From a virus (taxonomy: Duplodnaviria > Caudoviricetes): a DNA stretch of 53,916 nucleotides. This document shows positions 25,952-35,086 of this stretch, piece after piece. Position 1 is the first letter of the stretch, and each line of letters opens with the position of its first letter. The DNA is taken from positions 1 through 53,916 of IMG/VR virus record IMGVR_UViG_3300035438_000711; one strand, given 5' to 3'. Under the pieces are notes generated by a model. The model searched no databases. It was not told where the DNA came from and was given only the letters and a program-made list of their open reading frames with translations. The position numbers and the translations under genes are program-made.

Positions 25952-26194
25952 TCAGGCCCGCTTGCGGCCCTTCGTCTTCGCGGCGGCGATCCAATCGGGA
26001 TTGCCAACCGTGTCGTTGATCGCCGACCGCAACGCGGTCAGGTCAGCCGCCGCCAACGCGGCCAGCCGCTTGCCGCCGTGGACGAACACGCCGCGATTCA
26101 CTCGCCGCGCTGCTCGCGTCACGGTCTTGACGCAGCAGCCAAGTTTCTCCGCTGCTTCCGCACTTGTGAAATACACCACAGGTTTACTCTCCAT
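25952..26194 (-). CDS. Small HTH DNA-binding protein
   Basis: FTSAEAAEKLGCCVKTVTRAAR; GAGGTG RBS. Confidence 0.75.
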   Translation of the reverse strand: MESKPVVYFTSAEAAEKLGCCVKTVTRAARRVNRGVFVHGGKRLAALAAADLTALRSAINDTVGNPDWIAAAKTKGRKRA

Positions 26195-26243
26195 GCCGTT
26201 CACCTCTATTCGTACACATGCGGACAATAGGAAACAAGTAGGG

Positions 26244-26465
26244 TCATCCGATTTTTGAACGCTTGCGTCCCGAAAGCGTCGGGTCGCGGTGCAGATATTC
26301 CTTGAGGTTCGCCGCGACCGAGTTGCGGCTGACGGCCCACGCCCGCCCGTTCAAGCGAAACCCTTCAAGCGTTCCAGAGCGGAGCATCTTTATCACCCAA
26401 ACATCCGTGCAGCCAAGCATTTGCGCTGCGACCGGCACCGAAATCCAATCGGGGGGTTTTTGCAT
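26244..26465 (-). CDS. Excisionase-like HTH protein
   Basis: WISVPVAAQMLGCTDVWVIKMLRSGTLEG...AWAV; divergent from the integrase. Confidence 0.75.
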   Translation of the reverse strand: MQKPPDWISVPVAAQMLGCTDVWVIKMLRSGTLEGFRLNGRAWAVSRNSVAANLKEYLHRDPTLSGRKRSKIG

Positions 26466-26500
26466 TGTTCCGATTCCCGTGGTATCGAGACAAACAGACG

Positions 26501-26527
26501 GCCACCCCTCCACGTCGGAGGGGTGGC
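26501..26527 (-). terminator. GC hairpin just downstream of the tRNA-like attP core
   Basis: GCCACCCCTCC-N5-GGAGGGGTGGC. Confidence 0.6.
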
Positions 26528-26533
26528 GTCGAA

Positions 26534-26550
26534 TGGCGGGGACAGGATTC
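26534..26550 (-). other. Putative attP core (tRNA 3'-end fragment)
   Basis: Minus strand GAATCCTGTCCCCGCCA resembles a tRNA T-loop-to-acceptor segment; 61 nt upstream of the integrase start. Confidence 0.7.
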
Positions 26551-26611
26551 CCCGCTAGAGACGGGACGCATACGCACGAAGCGTGACCTACTCTCAGAGG
26601 AGGAGTTCACC

Positions 26612-27469
26612 ATGCTTTTGCAGACACTGTTCAACGATTACTACCGTCCGCTCCGCTTGCGCGGGCGGTCAACCAATACAACCAGACTCTACGGCTGCAC
26701 AATCCGCGCATTCGGAAAGTGGTTGGGATACGAACCGACGATTGACGACCTGTCCGACCTCGTTGTGTCTCGGTATCTCGACCACAGGGCAGCAACACGA
26801 AGTCCCTACACCGCCGAGAAAGAGCGAACGCAACTGATGTCGCTTGCGCGGTTCGCTTTTGAGCGGCGAATTCTCGACGCCATGCCGTGCGTCCCCCCAG
26901 CACCGTTGCCAGACCGCATACCGCACGCGTGGACAGTTGAGCAACTCCACGGGCTGATGCGTTCGGCTGCTGCAACACGCGGCAGCATCGGTCACGTCCC
27001 GGCCAGCGTCTGGTTTTCCGCTCTGATCTCGGTGCTGTGGGAAACGGCAGAGCGAATCGGTGCCGTGCTGGAGTGCAAGCCGGGGAATTTCGTCACCCCG
27101 CACCTACTTGTGCTGGCCGAGTACCGCAAAGGGTCAAAGCGCGAAAAACTCTACACGCTTTCGGCCCGCACTTGTGATCTTGTTCAGCAGGCGTGCGGCG
27201 AGAAAAGAATTTTTCAGTGGCCGCTCTGCCGCACTCACCTGTGGAAGCACTACGCCGACGTTGTTGCAAGGGCGGGGCTGGGGCGTGGTCGGCATCTTTC
27301 GTTTCACCAACTACGTCGTTCCTCCGCGTCCCACTTTGCGGCACGCGGCGGCGATGCCACGGCTCTGCTTGATCATTCCAGCCCGCGAATAACGCAGCGA
27401 TGGTATCTGGATCGTCGGTTGACTGATCGCGGCCCGGCACCGTGCGACATTCTGCCAGCGATCAACTAA
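26612..27469 (+). CDS. int: Tyrosine recombinase (phage integrase)
   Basis: N-terminal SAM-like domain; catalytic R (AERIG), K, HQLRR, LDHS, RWY; GAGGAGG RBS. Confidence 0.9.
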   Translation: MLLQTLFNDYYRPLRLRGRSTNTTRLYGCTIRAFGKWLGYEPTIDDLSDLVVSRYLDHRAATRSPYTAEKERTQLMSLARFAFERRILDAMPCVPPAPLPDRIPHAWTVEQLHGLMRSAAATRGSIGHVPASVWFSALISVLWETAERIGAVLECKPGNFVTPHLLVLAEYRKGSKREKLYTLSARTCDLVQQACGEKRIFQWPLCRTHLWKHYADVVARAGLGRGRHLSFHQLRRSSASHFAARGGDATALLDHSSPRITQRWYLDRRLTDRGPAPCDILPAIN

Positions 27470-27472
27470 AAA

Positions 27473-27525
27473 CGGCGGGGAGCAGCGTCGGGAGGAAGGG
27501 AACCGACGCTGCTCTACCCGCCGCC
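27473..27525. terminator. Hairpin between convergent genes
   Basis: GAGCAGCGTCGG...CCGACGCTGCTC stem extended by CGGCGGG/CCCGCCG. Confidence 0.65.
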
Positions 27526-27529
27526 GCGC

Positions 27530-27748
27530 TCACATGAAGCGGTCAAAGTCTTTGTTGTGTATCGGAATCATGTTATCCCGTGCTGCAAGCATCGCCGTCA
27601 GTCGCTCCCGCTCCTCCAGCAGACGCCCGATCATGCGTGCGGCAGTGCCGTTGGTCGCAGTCCATGAGTTCGACGGCCCGAACCGCCCAACAAACAACCA
27701 CGCTTCGTCTGCCTCGTCGTCGGTGTACGGAATCTTTGCGTCAGTCAT
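27530..27748 (-). CDS. Hypothetical protein
   Basis: 72 aa, GGGAG RBS. Confidence 0.7.
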   Translation of the reverse strand: MTDAKIPYTDDEADEAWLFVGRFGPSNSWTATNGTAARMIGRLLEERERLTAMLAARDNMIPIHNKDFDRFM

Positions 27749-28064
27749 CGCGTGACTCCCTGTGCAACAGAAGTGCTAGAAGCGAATACGATGCGAGGTC
27801 GAATAAGTTGTCCTCAAGCGACTCGTTCTCTAGCCGCCCCGTCACGTTGAATGACGCCAGCCTCGTCACCTTGTCGGACAGCCGCACCATCGCACCCTTC
27901 CAACTTGGGATGCCCACAAACTTCGCCCCGTTGCGGATGTTTGCCAGCGGATCAGTGCCCGATGGGCAGCCGTAGTCGCTTGATTTCCTGCGGTGCATTT
28001 CCTTGAGCGAGTCGCATAGGTCAAAGAACGCTTGCGACGTTGGGTGAACGGTTGCCGGTGTCAT
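27741..28064 (-). CDS. DUF1599 / Nmad1-like all-helical NTP pyrophosphatase-type protein
   Basis: RKSSDYG...DPLAN...VRLSDKVTRL...ESLEDNLFDLASY. Confidence 0.8.
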   Translation of the reverse strand: MTPATVHPTSQAFFDLCDSLKEMHRRKSSDYGCPSGTDPLANIRNGAKFVGIPSWKGAMVRLSDKVTRLASFNVTGRLENESLEDNLFDLASYSLLALLLHRESRDD

Positions 28065-29230
28065 GATTTCCCTTCGCTGACGTGCATGGAACTCAACCCA
28101 CCATCGGGGCTGTAGATAAAGGTTTCGCACGCCTGTCTACTTCCAATGAACCCGTTCACAGAATGCCAATCATCCGGCGGGCAGAGGGCCGGGGCCGTTC
28201 GCACGATTACGCCTTGAAGCGTTTCGATTGGCCGCTGCCACTCCGCAGCCTGCGAATGAAAGTGGCCGGTGTGCCACTCGCGGTACGGGCACTGGCTCCA
28301 CTGCTGCGATGCTTCAAGTGCCATGATCTGCGGCAACTTCCTTTTCGCCTTGTGACCATGTGCGAAGCCGAGCAGCGTTTTTCCCTCGGCAAGATACTGC
28401 CTGCCCGTGAAGTCTGGTTTGATCGTGACCCGCTTATCGTTGCGGAACCGCTCCAGCAGGATGCGTTGAAAAGTCCACGTGAGCACCTCGTCATGGTTGC
28501 CGTTCACAATCACCACGTCGGTAGGTGTCGTCGCGGCAGACCGCTCGACAATCGCCAGCAACGAGTCGCAGCCCACGGCGATCATCTTCTGGAGTCGCCC
28601 GTCCCGCTCTAGCGGCGTGCCGCTGGTCGTCGTCCCCGTCGGCGTGTCGTAGTGGAAAAGGTCGCCAAGGAACGCAATCGTGCGGCGAGTGGGCTTGTGG
28701 GCTTCTCCCACCGCAAGAAGTTCGCGGCCTGCGTTGCCGACCAGCCGCTCGGCACGGTCAATGTCGTAGTCATCGCCGCCGGTCGTGCGACCCCACGCAT
28801 ACTTTCCGAAGTGGCAATCAGCGACAATCAACACCTGCCACAGCCCGTCCCGCTTCGCCGGTTTTGCATATCCCTTTTTCGGTATACGCAACTCTTTCTT
28901 CGCCGCGTCGATCATCGCCTCGACGCACTGTATCGTCGTCGGCCCGCCGCGTGGCTTGAGCCGCACGAAGACGCGGTGCAGTTCCAGCGTCGAGCCGTCG
29001 CCGTCGCCGCACTCCCACTTCGTTGCTTCGCTGGCCGCGATCTCGAAGCGTGTCATGTCCGCTTCGATGTGCCGCAGTAAATCCTCGACGGTCTTGATTC
29101 GCCGCGACGTGGAGCGGGCTTCGAGCGTCTCGCCGCTCTGCGATTGCGTCACCTGCTCCGCGTCGGCGGCGGGTTTCGGCGGCGGGAGTTTTGCGGCCAC
29201 GCTCTGACTCAGCGTTGTTTTTTTAGCCAC
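28061..29230 (-). CDS. Calcineurin-like metallophosphoesterase
   Basis: DCHFG, LGDLFH, GNHD, AHGH, GHFH. Confidence 0.88.
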   Translation of the reverse strand: MAKKTTLSQSVAAKLPPPKPAADAEQVTQSQSGETLEARSTSRRIKTVEDLLRHIEADMTRFEIAASEATKWECGDGDGSTLELHRVFVRLKPRGGPTTIQCVEAMIDAAKKELRIPKKGYAKPAKRDGLWQVLIVADCHFGKYAWGRTTGGDDYDIDRAERLVGNAGRELLAVGEAHKPTRRTIAFLGDLFHYDTPTGTTTSGTPLERDGRLQKMIAVGCDSLLAIVERSAATTPTDVVIVNGNHDEVLTWTFQRILLERFRNDKRVTIKPDFTGRQYLAEGKTLLGFAHGHKAKRKLPQIMALEASQQWSQCPYREWHTGHFHSQAAEWQRPIETLQGVIVRTAPALCPPDDWHSVNGFIGSRQACETFIYSPDGGLSSMHVSEGKS

Positions 29231-29463
29231 GCTATCACGGCTTGGATGCCGCCGGTCGCCCAGCCGCGTTCCTGCGCCGCCTCCATGATTGCCAGAGAGA
29301 ACGCCCGCGTCTGATGGACGTTGGGATCGAATGACTCACGCACCGCAGACAGTTCGGCTTGGGCAGCGGGGGGCAAGCGGTCAAACCACGTCTTAAAACC
29401 CGGCTTGCCGTTCGACGCTTTGGACAGAACGTCATCAAGCAGGTTTGTCTTTCCCTTTGCCAC
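29209..29463 (-). CDS. Hypothetical protein
   Basis: AAGGAG RBS before GTG 29463. Confidence 0.7.
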   Translation of the reverse strand: MAKGKTNLLDDVLSKASNGKPGFKTWFDRLPPAAQAELSAVRESFDPNVHQTRAFSLAIMEAAQERGWATGGIQAVIAWLKKQR

Positions 29464-29617
29464 GGCGAACTCCTTTCGTCGGGGGCTTCTCGTCACGCCG
29501 CAGCACCATGTTGCCGTCGTCGTCGAGGATGCCGGGGCCGGTCGGCTCCTCGTCCTCAAAGTCCAACTCAGCGAGGTTAGGATTCGCGGCCTTCGGCGGT
29601 GGTTGCTTGCGTGGCAT
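29435..29617 (-). CDS. Small charged hypothetical protein
   Basis: 60 aa, AAGGA RBS. Confidence 0.55.
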   Translation of the reverse strand: MPRKQPPPKAANPNLAELDFEDEEPTGPGILDDDGNMVLRRDEKPPTKGVRRGKGKDKPA

Positions 29618-29655
29618 CCGGCGTGATCCTTTCGCCGTTCAACGTAGCGGCGGCG

Positions 29656-30666
29656 TCAAGCGGGGGCGATGCGAAGAAAAACAAACTTTTCTCCCAACGC
29701 TTTGTGGCATTTCTTCAAGGCTTCGTCGGTCGTTTCCGCTTCAATTTGGATGACTTCAACGTCAGACAAAATCCCGTGAGTGCACGCTGTCGAAGCGTGA
29801 GGGTGCCAGATGGTACAAACCCCGTCGCCTTCTGGAAATGAAGCGCACTCCCATTGAATATCCGTAATGAACTTTGAAATACCACCGGCGTACCTACCCG
29901 GCTTTGGGAAAATTGTGTTAAGCCCTCGGTCATTCCCATCGTTGTCCCTGTCGTAACCGTAGTGGAAACCGTAGTCACGAAGGGCTTCCGCAACCTCGCG
30001 GGGGCACCGCAGCCAGACAATTGGAGAGTCCTCTTTTGGCGGCCTCCAAAATTTCGCACCGTTGTCCCTGCCGTTTATGTCGGAGCGTCCCGCGTTCTGC
30101 CCAACCACAAACGGGTCGGGCGCATACGTGCGGAGCCGCCGACCAAAAAACGGCCCCATGTCCCAATCAATGTGGTTTCTGCTGCTCTGCCACAGTTGGC
30201 ACAAGTCGCGGATGCCGTCGCCATAAACAGCGTAAGCGTGCGTCCGTTGCGTGTTTGTGCATCGCACGATGCCGTCCGCAACTTTCACGGCGTCCTTCAT
30301 GTGCTGCCCGCCAAGCATGAGGCACTCCCAATCCGCCGGGACGTCAGCCACAAAACGGCGCAAAAACCCAGCAAATCCAGCCTGAAAAACGGCGTCATCT
30401 TCAAAGACAAGCAGGCTTTTTATTCCGTCCATTAGCGCCTGCTGCAAAACCTGAATGTGAGACTGCTGGCATCCGTATGCGCCGCCGCCAGACTTCCAGT
30501 AGTTTGGGCATGGGACAACACCTGACCCGCCGTCGATGGCGCTGAACACGGTCGGCTCTGCCATATCCCAGCCAGAGGCGCAAAGCGATTGGTGAAACGC
30601 CGCAAGCCTGTCGGCCCGGCGGCGCAGCGATATAACGACCACGCGGTCAAAAAGTTCGTCGCTCAT
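29656..30666 (-). CDS. Glycosyltransferase family 25 with C-terminal extension
   Basis: [35 protein letters not shown]. Confidence 0.88.
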   Translation of the reverse strand: MSDELFDRVVVISLRRRADRLAAFHQSLCASGWDMAEPTVFSAIDGGSGVVPCPNYWKSGGGAYGCQQSHIQVLQQALMDGIKSLLVFEDDAVFQAGFAGFLRRFVADVPADWECLMLGGQHMKDAVKVADGIVRCTNTQRTHAYAVYGDGIRDLCQLWQSSRNHIDWDMGPFFGRRLRTYAPDPFVVGQNAGRSDINGRDNGAKFWRPPKEDSPIVWLRCPREVAEALRDYGFHYGYDRDNDGNDRGLNTIFPKPGRYAGGISKFITDIQWECASFPEGDGVCTIWHPHASTACTHGILSDVEVIQIEAETTDEALKKCHKALGEKFVFLRIAPA

Positions 30667-31289
30667 GTGTAGTCGGCGTAGTGCCCTACGCACGGCTCCC
30701 AATCTCCCGGAAATGGAATGCCCGGCCAACGGCGTCGCAGCGAGTCGTGGACAAGTGCTTTCGTCATCGCGTACGGCCAGACAAAACGGTGGAGAAACCA
30801 AGTATCCGAGCGGTACTGAAACGGTTTCTTCCTTGCTATCCACCACGCCACAAGGTGCTGAAAGTCGAATGGAAACGCCCCTCGCTTTGCCCCCCACATG
30901 CCGCCCTCAACCGGTACGGTGTGGTGCTGCTCGTGGTCGCGCATAACGTGAATATCTAGATCCGACGCCATCCACTGCAATACCGCTGCGGCTTCCCGTT
31001 CGCACACGACGCTGTCAATGTCGCGGCATAGCACGGCGTCGTATCTTGGGTCTCCAACAGACGCGAAACGCCACAGCAAATATTCAGCGCTCGTGTTGCG
31101 TTCGTGCTGCACAAGTTCCCAGCCGTGTTGACAGGCCGCAGTCAGGTAGGCTTGCGGCACGCTGTCGTCGTGGTGCAAAACGACCGGCACTCGCCCGTAC
31201 ACCTCCGCAATTGCCTTGGCGTTTGCGTTGATGCCGCCGCAGTAGCGGAGATTGTCACCCGCAAGAGAAAACGAGATCGCAATATTCAT
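30663..31289 (-). CDS. Putative glycosyltransferase
   Basis: ISFSL, WRF, CRDIDS, MRDH, GGMWG, HDS; lies between two GT25 genes. Confidence 0.6.
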   Translation of the reverse strand: MNIAISFSLAGDNLRYCGGINANAKAIAEVYGRVPVVLHHDDSVPQAYLTAACQHGWELVQHERNTSAEYLLWRFASVGDPRYDAVLCRDIDSVVCEREAAAVLQWMASDLDIHVMRDHEQHHTVPVEGGMWGAKRGAFPFDFQHLVAWWIARKKPFQYRSDTWFLHRFVWPYAMTKALVHDSLRRRWPGIPFPGDWEPCVGHYADYT

Positions 31290-31942
31290 ACGCACCGTAA
31301 CGTATCGCTGCCGTATCCGCCCTGAACCGCGTGCCACTCAATCGGAGAATAAACGCACTCGTCAATTCCCATCATGCTTGCCGTAGACTGGTCAATCACG
31401 GCAAACTGCTCGACCCACACGTGATCCCACAAACGCAAAAGACCGTGCCTGTTGACCACGTAAGCGTGCATCTGCGTGCACCCACGCTGTAGGTTCACCA
31501 GTTTTCCGACACGCTTCGGCGCAGTTCGGTTCCAGCCGCCGAGCCACAGCGCTAGCCAATCGGGGAAGTCGTTGTTGATCTCCTCTAAGAACTCGTTGAA
31601 TCCTGCGTAGAAATGTTCTGTGAACTCGGCGTCGTCCTCAAGGATCAGCGCGGCCGACCAGTTGGGGTCGTTCCACAAGCGGTGATAAATGTCCCGGTGT
31701 GACTCGCCAGCCGCGTAATAGCCAGCCGTGTACGGCCACGACGGCGGAACCATTGCTGATCCGATTGACCAGTGCCCGGCTATAGATCGAGTTGCACGCG
31801 GCTCTGAAACAAACTCAATCGCAAGTTCTTCCGCGAGCACGCCACGACTTTGCGCGGTGCTCAATTGCCGCTTGATGTTCTCGCGTCTGTCGGCACGGTG
31901 CGACAGCGAGACGCAGTAAATTTTGTCTACCGCGATAGCCAT
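31286..31942 (-). CDS. Glycosyltransferase family 25
   Basis: CVSLSHRADRR, ESH, ILEDDA, MHAYVV, ID. Confidence 0.85.
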   Translation of the reverse strand: MAIAVDKIYCVSLSHRADRRENIKRQLSTAQSRGVLAEELAIEFVSEPRATRSIAGHWSIGSAMVPPSWPYTAGYYAAGESHRDIYHRLWNDPNWSAALILEDDAEFTEHFYAGFNEFLEEINNDFPDWLALWLGGWNRTAPKRVGKLVNLQRGCTQMHAYVVNRHGLLRLWDHVWVEQFAVIDQSTASMMGIDECVYSPIEWHAVQGGYGSDTLRCV

Positions 31943-32460
31943 GCTTTTCGGGCGTTTGAAATCGCTCTCCTCACAAGCACCCTACCGGCAACGTCAAGGA
32001 ACGGCAGTTTTCGCTTCGTCGCTTCCTCGCGCAGCCAGCCCACGATCTCGTCTAGGTGGGCCTCGCACCAGCCGGGTTCGCGGGCTTCCTCAATATCCAT
32101 GCGTTTCGCGCGGGCGTTACAGGAACAGTTGGGCGTGGCGACGATGCCGATACGCTTCAGGAGTTTCTTGAGTTCCGCGCCGGGGCCGTGGGTTGGTGCT
32201 GGCGGCTTTGCCTGTGTCTGCGCCATTGCCATTGCCCTTGCCCTTGCCCTTGCCTGCGGCTTTGCCTGTGGCTGCGGCATTGCCCTTGCCTGCGGCTTCA
32301 CAAATCCCGGCTTTGGCACTCTCGGGTAGGCCGGGTGGTCAACGTCTACGGTGATCGTGTCTCCGTTTACGCTGACGATGCAGTCCCGAACTTCGTCCAA
32401 CGCGTAGCCGCGTTGGTAGCAGCGACTCGTAAAATCATTTATGCGGCCGGTAATAGTCAT
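31927..32460 (-). CDS. Hypothetical protein with low-complexity Ala/Gln/Pro/Arg linker
   Basis: ATGA-coupled; KPQARAMPQPQAKPQARARARAMAMA; CSCNARA motif. Confidence 0.75.
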   Translation of the reverse strand: MTITGRINDFTSRCYQRGYALDEVRDCIVSVNGDTITVDVDHPAYPRVPKPGFVKPQARAMPQPQAKPQARARARAMAMAQTQAKPPAPTHGPGAELKKLLKRIGIVATPNCSCNARAKRMDIEEAREPGWCEAHLDEIVGWLREEATKRKLPFLDVAGRVLVRRAISNARKAWLSR

Positions 32461-33566
32461 GGGAAAGTGTTCGGGCAACAGGCAGAAAGATAGTAAACAA
32501 CGCTACCGCCAACTGGCTGCCCAGTGATGATGTGTTTGGTGCAATTGTTGAAACCCATGGAATCCTTGGCTTCTTGTGCATCGGCCTCATTGCAGAAAAT
32601 GTCGTAGTCTATGCAGAATTCGGTTTCCGGATCGCACTCGCTGCAAATGTCTGCTGGCACACACTGAGATGGGAAAAAATTATCTAACGTCCCGCCGTTC
32701 CCCAAGTGCATGCCTAAATCATAGACGCAAAAGCACCCTGGTGCGCAATCCTCGTCGCTGTCGCACGGAGAGTACCTTGGCTCATTCGGCAGATGGCTGT
32801 TGTTGAAGCATCCAACATAAGGCGCGGGTTTGCAGTTGCCGCAGTTGTCGCACTCGCACCCTTCGGGACACGGGTTCTCGCCGTCACAAGGGCCGGAGCA
32901 TGGCGACGAGACGCACTCCCCATCCACACACTCGCAGCCTTCGGGGCACGGGTTCTCCTCGTCGCAGGGGCCGCAGCAAATCTGCTCGCAAGTCTGGCCG
33001 GAATAAAACGTGCCGCCAAGAGCATCGCACGCCGCCTGCGTGGAGTTAGCCACGCAATATCCCGGAACAGGAGCCCCGATGACATCACCCTCGCACGTTC
33101 CTATAGGAACATCGCCGGAGATGACGCAGAAACGTTCGCCTAAAACATTTTCCTCACAACTTTGCCCTAGTTCTTCTGGGCATCCATCAGCACCAAACGA
33201 GCCGGGAGCGCACGGTCCTGCGATTACTCTGCAAGGTTCTTTTGGAGGGACGCAGCACGCTCCAGTCTCTTGCACGCACTCACCATCCACGCACTCGCAG
33301 CCTTCGGGGCACGGGGTTTCGCCGTCGCACGGGCCGGAGCAAGAATCAGAACTGCTCGATGAACTGCTGCCCGACGAATCAGAACTGCTCGACGAACTAG
33401 AACTGCTCGACGAACTAGAACTGCTCGACGAACTAGAACTGCTCGACGAACTAGAACTGCTCGACGAACTAGAACTGCTCGACGAACTAGAACAACAGCA
33501 GTTGCGATTCATAGCAACTGAGCCGTCTTCAAAAAGCAGTTTCCCGTCTAGGAAATAAATGCTCAT
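32457..33566 (-). CDS. Cys-rich, poly-Ser putative tail-tip/virion protein
   Basis: About 37 consecutive Ser; three GPCD.E.PCPEGCEC repeats; end of tail operon. Confidence 0.75.
   Translation of the reverse strand: MSIYFLDGKLLFEDGSVAMNRNCCCSSSSSSSSSSSSSSSSSSSSSSSSSSSSSSSSSSSSSDSSGSSSSSSSDSCSGPCDGETPCPEGCECVDGECVQETGACCVPPKEPCRVIAGPCAPGSFGADGCPEELGQSCEENVLGERFCVISGDVPIGTCEGDVIGAPVPGYCVANSTQAACDALGGTFYSGQTCEQICCGPCDEENPCPEGCECVDGECVSSPCSGPCDGENPCPEGCECDNCGNCKPAPYVGCFNNSHLPNEPRYSPCDSDEDCAPGCFCVYDLGMHLGNGGTLDNFFPSQCVPADICSECDPETEFCIDYDIFCNEADAQEAKDSMGFNNCTKHIITGQPVGGSVVYYLSACCPNTFP
33382..33489. repeat. Coding tandem repeat, 6 x 18 bp
   Basis: GAACTGCTCGACGAACTA x6 exact; encodes poly-Ser on the minus strand. 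Confidence 0.95.
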
Positions 33567-33569
33567 TGG

Positions 33570-34178
33570 CTAATGGCATTCCGTCCCGTCAAGGGTTATC
33601 TCGTCAGCCGGTGCTACGTCCTTGAACACCCAGACGTTCTCGCACTCAAAGACAATGCTTGTCGCGTCAATTCTTGCGTTAGTGATAACTGTCACAGGGC
33701 TCATGCTAAGCCACTTCATGCACCCAGCGACGTTTGCCAAAACCTGACACCCTCCGCCCGGCTGAATTGACGCATCGCTTGACCCCAAGTCGATGCCGTC
33801 TTCCGTGATTTCTCTTGCTGGCAGCGAGTAGTTGCAGCCCGCTTTGTTGTGCGTAACGTACGACCACGCCGTGCCGTCGCGCGCAATCGCTACCTTTCTT
33901 TCCTCTACAAAGTCTGACTCCCTTACGTCAGCAATGCCGTTAAAGGCAGTGAGTTCTCGGAACGACGTTCCGTAAGGGACATATACGCTTTTCGTCCCGC
34001 CTAGCGGCCAAGTCCCTTGAATAACACCAAAGCGGATTTGTTTCTTAACTTGCTCGGCTGGCTTTTCAAAGTTCAGCGGTGCCCCACCCGCTGGCGTCAG
34101 TTCAAGCGTCCGCACCACGCCCGCAATGCGGTCGGCACTTTCCCGCGTGAACTGTACGGCGTCGCGTGGCGTTGTCAT
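33570..34178 (-). CDS. Putative minor tail protein
   Basis: Position in tail operon, ATGA coupling. Confidence 0.65.
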   Translation of the reverse strand: MTTPRDAVQFTRESADRIAGVVRTLELTPAGGAPLNFEKPAEQVKKQIRFGVIQGTWPLGGTKSVYVPYGTSFRELTAFNGIADVRESDFVEERKVAIARDGTAWSYVTHNKAGCNYSLPAREITEDGIDLGSSDASIQPGGGCQVLANVAGCMKWLSMSPVTVITNARIDATSIVFECENVWVFKDVAPADEITLDGTECH

Positions 34179-35086
34179 GTCGGCGCGGTTCCAAATACTG
34201 CAAGGAACGCCGCCTCGGGATTCACGCGGCGCTGCAAGATCGCGGGCTGGCCGCCCGTCTGCGCTCCGCTGCCGTTGAGGCCCACGGGATTCGGGCTGGC
34301 AATCCACTCGGAGTTGTTGAAATCGAACACCATCGCACGGCGTTTCTGCCCGCCGTCAAGAAAGTTCCATCCAACGTCGGGCAGTTGCAACTGGTGCCCG
34401 CTCTGGCGGAAAACAATCGTGGCGGTGGCGCTCCAGTAGGAAACCTCGGAAGCGCCGTAAACCTCAGTGACGCGGTTCGCGGTGATCCCCGCCACCCGCA
34501 GCGTGCCGGGGCCGCAGCCGAGATACGTGTCGCTGTTCACGAAGTTGTTGACGGCGAACCAACTGGACGGCAACGCGGCGAAGTTCTTTTGCACCGTCGC
34601 CCGCACCAACGATTCCTGCGTCATCAACCCGGGGAAATAATCGTAGGCAGAGTTCGTCAGTGGGTTTTTAGTGCCGTTGCCCGCGCCTGATTCGCCGTAG
34701 TGGAAGAGCGCGGGGTAGTCGCCCGCCGACGCCTCAAAGTTCCACACAACGGCACGATCCACCGGCGAGAGAAGTTCGTTCGGAAGAACAACGCCGTACT
34801 CGACCGCGACCTCGACGTGATACGGCGAGCCTTCGAAACCCTCGTTGATGTAAACCTTTCGGCTTTTCCACGCAGGGAGCGAAGGGTATGACAATCCAAA
34901 CAACTGAACAAACCCGTCCACGACCGGCACCCCCAGCGCCGCCGCAATGATTTCGGTTTCGTCGGGCCGCGTCGTCGTCAACGTGTCGTCGCTCAGAACA
35001 ACGACAAACCGCCGCTTGACGATAGCGGGCTTGCCCACCTCGCGCTCGTACGTCCGCGCCAGTTCTTTGCTGGAAACAATTGCCAT
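34175..35086 (-). CDS. Putative distal tail protein
   Basis: First gene after tape measure, TGATG coupling. Confidence 0.65.
   Translation of the reverse strand: MAIVSSKELARTYEREVGKPAIVKRRFVVVLSDDTLTTTRPDETEIIAAALGVPVVDGFVQLFGLSYPSLPAWKSRKVYINEGFEGSPYHVEVAVEYGVVLPNELLSPVDRAVVWNFEASAGDYPALFHYGESGAGNGTKNPLTNSAYDYFPGLMTQESLVRATVQKNFAALPSSWFAVNNFVNSDTYLGCGPGTLRVAGITANRVTEVYGASEVSYWSATATIVFRQSGHQLQLPDVGWNFLDGGQKRRAMVFDFNNSEWIASPNPVGLNGSGAQTGGQPAILQRRVNPEAAFLAVFGTAPT

Noticed and set aside
26534-26550. tRNA gene
   Set aside because: Only 17 nt of the 3' end; no D or anticodon arm. Treated as attP.
32214-32297. TGCCCT/TGCCAT microsatellite as a phase-variation switch
   Set aside because: Unit is 6 bp, so slippage keeps the frame; it is a coding linker.
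33382-33489. CRISPR array
   Set aside because: Repeats are contiguous with no spacers and encode poly-Ser; no cas genes.
33010-33558. Plus-strand ORF with LLDELE repeats
   Set aside because: Antisense shadow of the poly-Ser repeat in a minus-strand operon.
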